Shown one piece after another: positions 56,264-64,000 of a stretch of 64,000 nt of DNA (the first letter of the stretch is position 1; each line of letters begins with the position of its first letter). This DNA comes from Candidatus Aquivivens invisus. Its GTDB lineage: Bacteria; Omnitrophota; Gorgyraeia; Aquiviventales; Aquiviventaceae. Under the pieces are notes generated by a model, which saw only the letters and a program-made list of their open reading frames with translations, had not been told where the DNA came from and did no database searches. The position numbers and the translations under genes are program-made. The stretch spans positions 18,390 to 82,389 of the forward strand of contig MHGA01000017.1 of NCBI GenBank assembly GCA_001804415.1. Reading direction: 5' to 3'.

Positions 56264-56766
56264 GACCGCCCCCGCAGTGTGGCCTGTAACATTCGGTCAG
56301 CCTTCAGATTCTTCGCCGTCAACCGGTGTTTATACGCCGCCAGTTTCCGCTGCAAGGCGCGATCGTGGATGGCGAGCGTTTGAATCGCCAAGAGCGCGGC
56401 GTTGGTGGCATTGCCGATCGCCACCGTCGCCACGGGCACCCCGGTGGGCATTTGCACCATCGACAGCAAGCTATCCAGTCCCTTGAGCGACTTCGTCTCG
56501 ATGGGCACCGCGATCACCGGCAGGGTCGTGTGGGCCGCGACGACACCTCCCAGATGGGCCGCGCCTCCCGCTCCCGCGATGAACACGCGAATGCCTCGCC
56601 TCGGAGCGCCTTCGACATAGCGACGCAAGGGCCCGGGGCTTCGGTGCGCGGAGAGGACTCGCACCTCGTGCGGCACGCCGAAATCCTTCAGCACCTTCGA
56701 GGCGGCCTCCAACGCCGGCCAATCCGACTCGGAGCCCATCACAATACTCACGACGGGTTGTTTCAT
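56260..56766 (-). CDS. purE: N5-CAIR mutase
   Basis: [35 protein letters not shown]. Confidence 0.97.
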   Translation of the reverse strand: MKQPVVSIVMGSESDWPALEAASKVLKDFGVPHEVRVLSAHRSPGPLRRYVEGAPRRGIRVFIAGAGGAAHLGGVVAAHTTLPVIAVPIETKSLKGLDSLLSMVQMPTGVPVATVAIGNATNAALLAIQTLAIHDRALQRKLAAYKHRLTAKNLKADRMLQATLRGRS

Positions 56767-56791
56767 CAATGCGCGTCCTTCGTCAGTCCAT

Positions 56792-58075
56792 TCAATGGCT
56801 CACGGGTTTCTTGAGGGCGCGCCAGGCGATGTCTTTCCGATACGTCATCCCGTCAAATGCCAGCTGCCCGATCGCGTCGTAGGCCCGTTTCACCGCGCCT
56901 TCGATCTCGTCATCCACGGCGACGACGTTCAACGCCCTGCCACCCCAATTGACAAACCGTTCCCCGTCCCGCTTGGTTCCCGCGTGGAAGACCAGGACGC
57001 CCTCGCGGCCTTGGAGCCGTTCCAACCCGCGAATCTCTTTGCCGATTTGAAACTCACCCGGATAACCTCCCGAGGCCAGGACGACACACACGCAACTGCC
57101 CGCCTGCCACTCGCACCGATGCTGGCTCAACCGCCCTTCCACCGTGTCGTCCAACAGCGGCACGAGATCCGTCTTCAAGAGCGGCAAGATGGCCTGGATC
57201 TCCGGGTCGCCGAAGCGGACGTTGAACTCCAGCACCTTCGGGCCGTCGGCGGTGAGCATGATGCCGGCATAGAGCACGCCCTTGAAGAGAATCCCCTCGC
57301 TCACCAAGCCGTTGAGAGTCGGATGGATGACCTGCTCCATGAGCCCCTTGGCCAGCGTCCCGGTCACCACCGGCGCAGGGGCGTAGGCCCCCATGCCGCC
57401 GGTGTTCGGCCCCTTATCCCCGTCGAGCAGGCGCTTGTGGTCTTGAGAGGTCAGCAGCGGGATCGCCGTCGCCCCATCCGTCAGGACGATCATCGACACC
57501 TCCTCGCCCACCAACCGCTCCTCCACGACGATGCGCTCCCCCGCTTGCCGGAAGATGCGGTCTTCCATCAACAGGTCAATCGCGCCCAGGGCTTCGCTCA
57601 GGGTGTGCGCGACGATGGTTCCCTTCCCGCCGCACAACCCATCGGCTTTGATGACGATCGGCGCGCCCACCTGGCGCACGTACGAGCGCGCCGCCTGGGC
57701 GTCATCAAAGACGGCAAATTGCCCCGTAGGGATGTGGTATTTTTTCAGCAGATTCTTTGAGAAGGCCTTGCTTGATTCCAATCGCGCAGCGGATTTCGTC
57801 GGCCCGAAGATCCGAAGCCCCCGCTTCTCAAAGATGTCCACAATCCCTTTCGCCAGCGGCCCCTCAGGGCCCACGATGGTCAGGTCGATGTCTTTGGCCT
57901 CGGCAAACTCCGCCAGCGACTCGATGTCCTCGGCCCCGATATCGACGAGCTGCGCCAGCTCGCCGATGCCGCCGTTGCCGGGGGCGCAATACAGGCCACG
58001 AATCTCGGGCGACTGGCTCAGCTTCCACAGGAGCGCGTGCTCTCGTCCGCCTGATCCCACGACCAGAATCTTCAT
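56792..58075 (-). CDS. purD: Phosphoribosylamine-glycine ligase
   Basis: GSGGREHA, APGNGG, QDHKR, GPNTGGMG, EFNVRFGDPE. Confidence 0.98.
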   Translation of the reverse strand: MKILVVGSGGREHALLWKLSQSPEIRGLYCAPGNGGIGELAQLVDIGAEDIESLAEFAEAKDIDLTIVGPEGPLAKGIVDIFEKRGLRIFGPTKSAARLESSKAFSKNLLKKYHIPTGQFAVFDDAQAARSYVRQVGAPIVIKADGLCGGKGTIVAHTLSEALGAIDLLMEDRIFRQAGERIVVEERLVGEEVSMIVLTDGATAIPLLTSQDHKRLLDGDKGPNTGGMGAYAPAPVVTGTLAKGLMEQVIHPTLNGLVSEGILFKGVLYAGIMLTADGPKVLEFNVRFGDPEIQAILPLLKTDLVPLLDDTVEGRLSQHRCEWQAGSCVCVVLASGGYPGEFQIGKEIRGLERLQGREGVLVFHAGTKRDGERFVNWGGRALNVVAVDDEIEGAVKRAYDAIGQLAFDGMTYRKDIAWRALKKPVSH

Positions 58076-58093
58076 GCCGTCAGTCTCCTCGTT

Positions 58094-58129
58094 CTTGTCA
58101 CTTGTCGCTTGTCACTTGTTGCTTGTTAC
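58094..58129. repeat. Single heptamer arm forming the PurM C-terminus
   Basis: cttgtca cttgtcg cttgtca cttgttg cttgtta encodes NKQQVTSDK-stop. Confidence 0.85.
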
Positions 58130-59102
58130 GCTCGATTGTGCCAACGGGCCATGCGGCAACCCCAAGACGCCGAAGGGTCGCAAGGACCGAGGTGGACGCC
58201 CGGGGCCGACACGACAAGGCCATGCCCACACCCATGTTGAACGTCCGGAACATCTCGTCCGTCGAGATCCTGCCCGCCCGCTGGATCGCGCCGAAGAGCG
58301 GCGGCACCGTCCATCGACCGGGCTGCCAGGTCACACGCAGCTCGGGGCGCTTCGCGACCAGCGATGGCAGCCGGCGCGCCAACCCGCCGCCGGTCACGTG
58401 CGCGATCGCCGTCACCGGAATCCGTTTGAGCAATGCGAGAACCGGTTTGACATAGATGCGCGTCGGCGTCAGCAACTCACGCCTCCATCGTTTCAGCTCC
58501 GAGAGGCCGAAGACCTTCCGCACGAGCGAGAACCCGTTCGCATGGATGCCGGACGACGCCAGGCCGATGACAATATCGCCTGCCCGCACCGCCGAGCCAT
58601 CGATCAGTTTCCGACGCTCCACGACGCCCACACAGAATCCCGCCACATCATAGTCCCCGTTGCGATAGACCCCCGGCATCTCCGCGGTCTCGCCGCCGAC
58701 CAACGCGCAGCCGCTTTGCTGACAACCCTTGACGATGCCGGCGATCAGCTCTCGCATCCGTCGCGGATTCAGCTTCCCCACCGCGAGATAATCGAGAAAA
58801 AACAACGGCCGCGCGCCGTAGACCACCAGGTCGTTCACGTTCATCGCCACGAGGTCGATTCCGATGCCTGCGTGGTCGCCCAACAACTCCGCCACCTTCA
58901 GTTTGGTGCCGACCCCGTCCGTGGAGGACACCAGCACCGGATCGCGCAATCCGCTCGGCAACCGCACCAGCGACGCAAACTGCCCTCTGTCCGGCAGCAC
59001 CTCCGGTCCGTGCGTCGACCGGATCAGCGGCGCCAACCGCGCCAGCGTCCGATCCGCCGCCTCGATATCCACCCCCGCCTGCCGATAGGTCGTTGCGGTC
59101 AC
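58098..59102 (-). CDS. purM: Phosphoribosylformylglycinamidine cyclo-ligase
   Basis: YRQAGVD, TDGVGTK, GGETAEMP, SSGIHANGFSL, TFNMGVG; GTG start inferred. Confidence 0.96.
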   Translation of the reverse strand: MTATTYRQAGVDIEAADRTLARLAPLIRSTHGPEVLPDRGQFASLVRLPSGLRDPVLVSSTDGVGTKLKVAELLGDHAGIGIDLVAMNVNDLVVYGARPLFFLDYLAVGKLNPRRMRELIAGIVKGCQQSGCALVGGETAEMPGVYRNGDYDVAGFCVGVVERRKLIDGSAVRAGDIVIGLASSGIHANGFSLVRKVFGLSELKRWRRELLTPTRIYVKPVLALLKRIPVTAIAHVTGGGLARRLPSLVAKRPELRVTWQPGRWTVPPLFGAIQRAGRISTDEMFRTFNMGVGMALSCRPRASTSVLATLRRLGVAAWPVGTIERNKQQVTSDK

Positions 59103-59437
59103 GATGTCCTCAACACGCCGGCGGCTTCCAACAGGCGTTGCGAGCCCTGTCGCGCCGCCTGCGCGATCGCTGAGGGATCCATACGACGTCCCCACTGCCG
59201 TTCCCACACCGCAAGATCACGCTGCAGCTCTGCCAACAGGCCTTGCTGTTCAATATCGCATGACGGCACCGCCCACTCGGTGAAGTATTTGCTTTCCCGG
59301 AGCACCGGCAGGGCTTGTTGTTGGTTCGCCTGTTCCGCGCACCAGGCAATCCGGTTGAGGTTCGAGGCCAACCCTCCCAGCTGGATTGAAACGCTGTCCC
59401 GCTGGTACCTCGCTCGACGCGTTTCCCAATCGTTCAT
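59099..59437 (-). CDS. Hypothetical helical protein, partner of the DUF5674-like gene
   Basis: MNDWETRRARYQRD...LGGLASNLNRI...ESKYFTEW; start/stop overlaps on both sides. Confidence 0.7.
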   Translation of the reverse strand: MNDWETRRARYQRDSVSIQLGGLASNLNRIAWCAEQANQQQALPVLRESKYFTEWAVPSCDIEQQGLLAELQRDLAVWERQWGRRMDPSAIAQAARQGSQRLLEAAGVLRTS

Positions 59438-59775
59438 GATCGTTGTAGCAGGCGGCGGACGATCACGTCGACGCGCTGCCGAATCGTGCGATCCTGAATC
59501 TCCAGATTTGGATTCACTCGCGGACGGATGTTGATGAGCGCAGCATACCGGACGACCTGCTCGGCCGGCAGCCAATCCGCGCCCCACACGTTTTCGCGTC
59601 GACTGCCATCTTCAATCAGCACCGCTTCGCAGTCGGCATGGAACTCCCCACCGCCGACCAGGACGCCCCGTCGAATATCCACGGCCACCTTGATGTACGA
59701 TTCGTGGACTTCAAGCATTCCTTTGATCTGCTCATCCGTCGCTCGCTCACTCAGCAGATGGATCATCCTGTTCAT
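59434..59775 (-). CDS. DUF5674-like protein
   Basis: YIKVAVDI...GGGEFHADCE.VL...GS..ENVWGA...INIRP...EIQD; family recognised from memory. Confidence 0.75.
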   Translation of the reverse strand: MNRMIHLLSERATDEQIKGMLEVHESYIKVAVDIRRGVLVGGGEFHADCEAVLIEDGSRRENVWGADWLPAEQVVRYAALINIRPRVNPNLEIQDRTIRQRVDVIVRRLLQRS

Positions 59776-59789
59776 TAATCCAAAATCGA

Positions 59790-61208
59790 TTAGCAGCGGC
59801 CTTGGCCGGAGAATTTCTCCAGCGCGAACTTGTCGCCCTCCCCACCGAAGGGGATCGGGTACGTCCCGCTCCAGCAGGCGGTGCAGTAGTTGCCGGGCGG
59901 CTTGCTGACGGCCTTCAGCATCCCCTCCAGCGAGAGGTAGCCCAGCGTCGTCGCCCCGATGAACTTGCAGATCTCCTCGACGGACAGCCGGTTGGCGATG
60001 AGCTCCTTGCGCGTCGGGAAATCGATGCCGTAGAAGCACGAGTGCTTCGTCGGCGGGCAGCTGATGCGCATGTGGATCTCCTTCGCGCCAGCCTCCCGCA
60101 GGCTTTTGACGCGGGCCCGCGTCGTCGTCCCGCGGATGATCGAGTCGTCGATCAGCACGAGCCGCTTGCCCTTGACGATCGAGCGGATCGGATTGAACTT
60201 CACGCGCACCTTCAGGTCGCGGATCTCCTGCGCCGGCTGGATGAACGTGCGGCCGACGTAGTGGTTCCGGGTCATCCCCATCATGAACGGAACTTTCGAC
60301 TCGAGACTGAAGCCCAACGCGGCGAAATTCCCGGAGTCCGGGATCGGCATGACCAGATCCGCCTGCGCGGGATGCTCGCGCGCCAATTGCCGCCCGAGGT
60401 TCATGCGAACCGCCTGCACGTTTTCGCCAAAGATGTTCGAGTCCGGCCGCGCGAAGTAGACATGCTCAAAGAGACAGTGTGAGGGCTTAATCTCCTCGTT
60501 CTTGAAGGGATGCAGCGAGCGCAGACCGCCGGCGGTGATGACGACGATTTCGCCAGGCTCCACGTTGCGCACAAATTTGGCGCCGATGAGATCCAGCGCG
60601 CAGGTTTCCGAGGCCAGCACGTACGTCTTGTTGAGCCGCCCGATGCACAGCGGGCGGAATCCCTGCGGGTCGCGGCAGCCGATCAGCGCGCGCTCCGTGA
60701 GGAACAGCAGCGAAAACGCCCCTTTCAGCAGCCGCACGCATTCGACCAGATCGTCCTCGATCTCCTTGTTCGTCGACCGAGCCAGCAGGTGCAGGATGAT
60801 CTCGCTGTCGACGGTGGTTTGGAAAATCGAGCCGTTCGCCTCGAGCTGTTGGCGCAGCTCGTACGCGTTCACCAGGTTGCCGTTGTGCGCCACCGCCAAG
60901 GCACCCTTGGCGCAGCTGACCACCAGCGGCTGCGAATTCTTGAGGGTACTGGAGCCGGTGGTGGAGTAGCGCGTGTGGCCGATCGCCATGCGGCCGGGCA
61001 GCGCGCGCAGCGACTCTTCGCTGAACACCTCCGACACCAGGCCCATGCCTTTGTGGGTGCGCATCTCGCGGCCGTCGAACGTGACGATGCCCGCCGCCTC
61101 CTCGCCACGGTGCTGCAACGAATATAATCCCAGATACGTCAACCGCGCCGCGTCCCGGTGCCCGTAGATGCCGAAGAGCCCGCACGAATGCTTGACGGCC
61201 TCATCCAT
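59790..61208 (-). CDS. purF: Amidophosphoribosyltransferase
   Basis: Propeptide followed by CGLFG, LQHRG, GHTRYST, HNGNL, DDSIIRGTT, CFYGID, CTAC. Confidence 0.98.
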   Translation of the reverse strand: MDEAVKHSCGLFGIYGHRDAARLTYLGLYSLQHRGEEAAGIVTFDGREMRTHKGMGLVSEVFSEESLRALPGRMAIGHTRYSTTGSSTLKNSQPLVVSCAKGALAVAHNGNLVNAYELRQQLEANGSIFQTTVDSEIILHLLARSTNKEIEDDLVECVRLLKGAFSLLFLTERALIGCRDPQGFRPLCIGRLNKTYVLASETCALDLIGAKFVRNVEPGEIVVITAGGLRSLHPFKNEEIKPSHCLFEHVYFARPDSNIFGENVQAVRMNLGRQLAREHPAQADLVMPIPDSGNFAALGFSLESKVPFMMGMTRNHYVGRTFIQPAQEIRDLKVRVKFNPIRSIVKGKRLVLIDDSIIRGTTTRARVKSLREAGAKEIHMRISCPPTKHSCFYGIDFPTRKELIANRLSVEEICKFIGATTLGYLSLEGMLKAVSKPPGNYCTACWSGTYPIPFGGEGDKFALEKFSGQGRC

Positions 61209-61710
61209 GCGACGTGCCCCTCCGGATCACCCATCGCTCAAATCCCGTGCCGAGGAGAAAGTAGTACAGCGCGTTCGCCGCGACATTCGTCACCAGGAGG
61301 ACCGTCTGGGAGGCGATCGCGGCTCCGCCGATCAGCACCAGCAAGGTGAGCGGAGAGACCACCACAAACATCGACATCATCCACCGCGACATGAAGGACT
61401 GCATCATCGCCGCTGACTCGCTCCATAGCCCGCGGTGCTCCGCCATCACCACCATGACGGAAAGCGGAATGGCCAACGGAAGATAAATCATCACCAGCCA
61501 CGCGCCGGCGGAAAGCGGCATCCGCGACTTGACCGCCTTCCAGAGGCTCCACATGCTCAGGCACACCAGGATTCCAATGGTGTTCAAGATGCCAAACATG
61601 ACGGTGGGTTGAACCCACTCCTTCCCCATGCTGACCCAGCGAAGCGTGATGAACCCTGTCAGGGGAATGACGCTCCACAGTCCAAGCACAAAGAGGAGCA
61701 ATCGCCGCAT
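61201..61710 (-). CDS. Hypothetical multi-pass membrane protein inside the pur operon
   Basis: 4-5 hydrophobic segments; TAATG overlap with the purL stop; stop overlaps the purF start. Confidence 0.65.
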   Translation of the reverse strand: MRRLLLFVLGLWSVIPLTGFITLRWVSMGKEWVQPTVMFGILNTIGILVCLSMWSLWKAVKSRMPLSAGAWLVMIYLPLAIPLSVMVVMAEHRGLWSESAAMMQSFMSRWMMSMFVVVSPLTLLVLIGGAAIASQTVLLVTNVAANALYYFLLGTGFERWVIRRGTSHG

Positions 61711-63956
61711 TACGCGTGCGCTCCACCTGCGAGGCCTGCTCGCCACACGCGGCTCAACTGCTCCACCGTGAGGTCGATCCGCGGCCGGATCACCAGGCGG
61801 GTGCCCCCAACACGACCAAGCGTTGTCAGAGGAACACGGACGCGTTTCGCCAACGCCTCGATACGCTCCTGGTGATATCGCTCGCACGTCACGACAATCC
61901 GCCCGGCCGACTCGCCGAACAGGAGCGCATCTGGACGAAGTGACAGGTGACAGGTGACAGGTGACAGGTCAAGCGCTGCACCAATGAGATGCTCCGGCTC
62001 CGTGATGCAGCATTCGGCCAGCGCCACGGCCAGGCCGCCTTCGGAGCAATCGTGCGCGGATTTGATCAGTCCTCGATGCGCGAGCTCCAGCATGAGGTGA
62101 CCAAGCCGCCGCTCGCTCGGCAGATCGCACGCCGGCGGCCTGCCCTGTTTGCGGTGGTGGATGAGCTTGAGGTATTCGCTGCCGCCAAGCTCTTCCCTCG
62201 TCTCGCCGAAGAGCAGGATCGCGTCACCCTCCTGCTTGAAGCTCGCCGTGATCGGCTGCATTCCGCATTCCGCATTCCGCATTCCGCATTCGATCAACCC
62301 CACCATCCCGATCACCGGCGTCGGGTCGATGGCGCCGCGCGGGCTCTCGTTGTAGAAGCTCACGTTCCCGCCGGTGACGGGCGTGCCGAACGCCCGGCAC
62401 GCCTCGGCGATCCCGCGCACGCATTCCTTAAACTGCCACATCACCTCAGGGTCTTCCGGATTGCCGAAGTTCAGGCAGTCGGTGACCGCAAGCGGCTTCG
62501 CCCCGACGCACACCAGATTGCGCGCGGCCTCCGCCACCGCCAGCTTGCCCCCCTCATACGGATCGAGATAGCAGTAGGTGGCGTTCGCATCGGTCGTCGC
62601 CGCCAACAGCGCGCCGGTTCCCTTCACCCGCAAGACCGCGGCGTCCGCCCGGCCCGGCAACACGACGGTGTTGGTCTGGACCATGTGGTCGTATTGTTCA
62701 AAGACCAGGGCTTTGCTGGCGATGGTCGGTGCGCCCAGCAGTGCCAGCAGCGCCTCGCCATAGTCCCTTGGCTGAGAGACGGCCCGTAACGAGAGCCGCT
62801 GCGCTTTCGAGAGATACGCGGGACGCCTGGTGGGGCGTCGATAGACCGGAGCCTCGTGCGTCAGCGCGCCCACCGGAATCTCCGCGACGACCTGGTCGCC
62901 GTCCTTGACCCGCATGAGGTTTCCGTCCTTCACGCGTCCGATCTGAACCGCATGCAAGCCCCACTTGGCGAAGCGCCGCGCAACCTGCGCTTCCCGTCCG
63001 CGCTTGACAATGAGCAGCATGCGCTCCTGCGATTCGGAAAGCATCACCTCAAAGGGCGTCATCCCCTCTTCCCGGCGGGGGACCTTGGCCACGTCGATCT
63101 CGATGCCGCAGCGGCCTCGTGAAGCCGTCTCGCAGGTCGAGCACGTCAGGCCCGCCGCGCCCATGTCTTGAATGGCGATGACGTCACCGGTCGCCAGGAC
63201 CTCCAGGGTCGCTTCGAGCACGCACTTTTCCGCAAACGGATCCCCGATCTGCACCGCCGGCCGATCAGCCTCAGAGCCGTCGGTGATTTCCCGCGAGGCG
63301 AAGCTCGCGCCCCCCAATCCGTCCCGCCCGGTGGAGGAGCCGACATACACGACCGGGTTGCCCGCGCCGCGGGCTTTCGCCACGGCGATTGAGCCCCTCG
63401 GCACGATCCCGATGCACATGACGTTGACCAGCGGATTCTCGCGGTACGTCTCATCGAAGGCGATTTCCCCGCCGATGGTCGGCACCCCGACTGCGTTGCC
63501 GTAGTCGGCGATCCCTTTGACGACCCCGCCAAACAGAAACCTCGTGCGGCCCGATCCGTTCAACGGGCCGAACCGCAGGCTGTCAAACAGCGCAATCGGC
63601 CTGGCCCCCATCGTGAAGATGTCGCGCAGAATCCCTCCGACACCGGTCGCCGCTCCGGCGTGCGGCTCGACGGCGGACGGATGGTTATGCGACTCGATTT
63701 TGAACGCCACGCCTAACCCATCTCCGATGTCAATGACCCCTGCGTTCTCCTCGCCCGCACGAATGAGAACGCCCTTCCCTCTCGTCGGAAATGTCTTGAG
63801 GTAGATCTTGGAACTCTTGTACGCACAATGTTCGGACCATTGGACGCTGAAGATGCCGAGTTCCGTCGTCGTCGGAGCGCGTCCCAGGATCTTCACAATG
63901 CTCCGGTATTCGTCCTGCGTGAGGTTGAGTTTCTTCAGCAACGCCGCGTCAGGCAT
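61710..63956 (-). CDS. purL: Phosphoribosylformylglycinamidine synthase subunit PurL
   Basis: [58 protein letters not shown]. Confidence 0.98.
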   Translation of the reverse strand: MPDAALLKKLNLTQDEYRSIVKILGRAPTTTELGIFSVQWSEHCAYKSSKIYLKTFPTRGKGVLIRAGEENAGVIDIGDGLGVAFKIESHNHPSAVEPHAGAATGVGGILRDIFTMGARPIALFDSLRFGPLNGSGRTRFLFGGVVKGIADYGNAVGVPTIGGEIAFDETYRENPLVNVMCIGIVPRGSIAVAKARGAGNPVVYVGSSTGRDGLGGASFASREITDGSEADRPAVQIGDPFAEKCVLEATLEVLATGDVIAIQDMGAAGLTCSTCETASRGRCGIEIDVAKVPRREEGMTPFEVMLSESQERMLLIVKRGREAQVARRFAKWGLHAVQIGRVKDGNLMRVKDGDQVVAEIPVGALTHEAPVYRRPTRRPAYLSKAQRLSLRAVSQPRDYGEALLALLGAPTIASKALVFEQYDHMVQTNTVVLPGRADAAVLRVKGTGALLAATTDANATYCYLDPYEGGKLAVAEAARNLVCVGAKPLAVTDCLNFGNPEDPEVMWQFKECVRGIAEACRAFGTPVTGGNVSFYNESPRGAIDPTPVIGMVGLIECGMRNAECGMQPITASFKQEGDAILLFGETREELGGSEYLKLIHHRKQGRPPACDLPSERRLGHLMLELAHRGLIKSAHDCSEGGLAVALAECCITEPEHLIGAALDLSPVTCHLSLRPDALLFGESAGRIVVTCERYHQERIEALAKRVRVPLTTLGRVGGTRLVIRPRIDLTVEQLSRVWRAGLAGGAHA
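61940..61970. repeat. In-frame heptamer array (GTGACAG)4 inside purL
   Basis: Encodes [11 protein letters not shown]. Confidence 0.9.
62258..62292. repeat. In-frame heptamer array (GCATTCC)5 inside purL
   Basis: Encodes [12 protein letters not shown]. Confidence 0.9.
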
Positions 63957-64000
63957 GCGCGTGCGCCTCAATGAGCGACTCGAAGAGCAACCGCCCGTCA
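63949..64000 (-). CDS. purQ: 3' end of PurQ (partial)
   Basis: ...[16 protein letters not shown]-stop overlapping the purL start; resembles a PurQ C-terminus and fits the synteny. Confidence 0.65.
   Translation of the reverse strand, partial: DGRLLFESLIEAHAHA

Noticed and set aside
57531-59534. 667-aa plus-strand ORF
   Set aside because: Antisense to purD/purM with no coherent domain.
3880-62292. CRISPR array interpretation of the short repeats
   Set aside because: Units are 7-9 nt in direct tandem with no unique spacers, and there are no cas genes.

Overview
A GC-rich bacterial chromosome segment, mostly housekeeping genes on the minus strand. The gene content (lpxC-fabZ fusion, lpxI, BamA/Skp, bS22-like peptide) fits a Gram-negative organism, possibly PVC-group such as Omnitrophota; that assignment is inference only. 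Left to right: (1) the 5' part of a class II ribonucleotide reductase (nrdJ) interrupted by a LAGLIDADG intein and preceded by three NrdR boxes; (2) htpX, an MBL hydrolase, an exonuclease-WYL fusion, and a circularly permuted ATP-grasp gene divergent from tldD/tldE; (3) secreted hydrolases, ispH, a CCA-type nucleotidyltransferase and an ECF sigma/anti-sigma module; (4) glpDK, suhB, rlmD and the lipid A/OMP cluster; (5) dnaB-rplI-rpsR-ssb-rpsF-pth-rplY-prs-glmU, tRNA-Gln, ispE, a split transketolase and hisG; (6) nrdR-glyA-rpiB-LMW phosphatase-tsaC and the pur operon. Two layers of structure are not explained by these genes. First, a 2.45-kb IS1-family element carrying cargo genes sits in tandem with a 146-bp MITE, with three identical copies of an 8-bp target; related palindromic elements occur at 6.3 kb and 23.8 kb. 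Second, about 17 short 7-mer (also 8/9-mer) tandem arrays, mostly paired as inverted arms, sit at gene junctions and have been recruited into signal peptides, identical C-termini (VTSDK in three proteins) and in-frame insertions in PurL. All calls were made by eye from the sequence and ORF track; no database searches were run.
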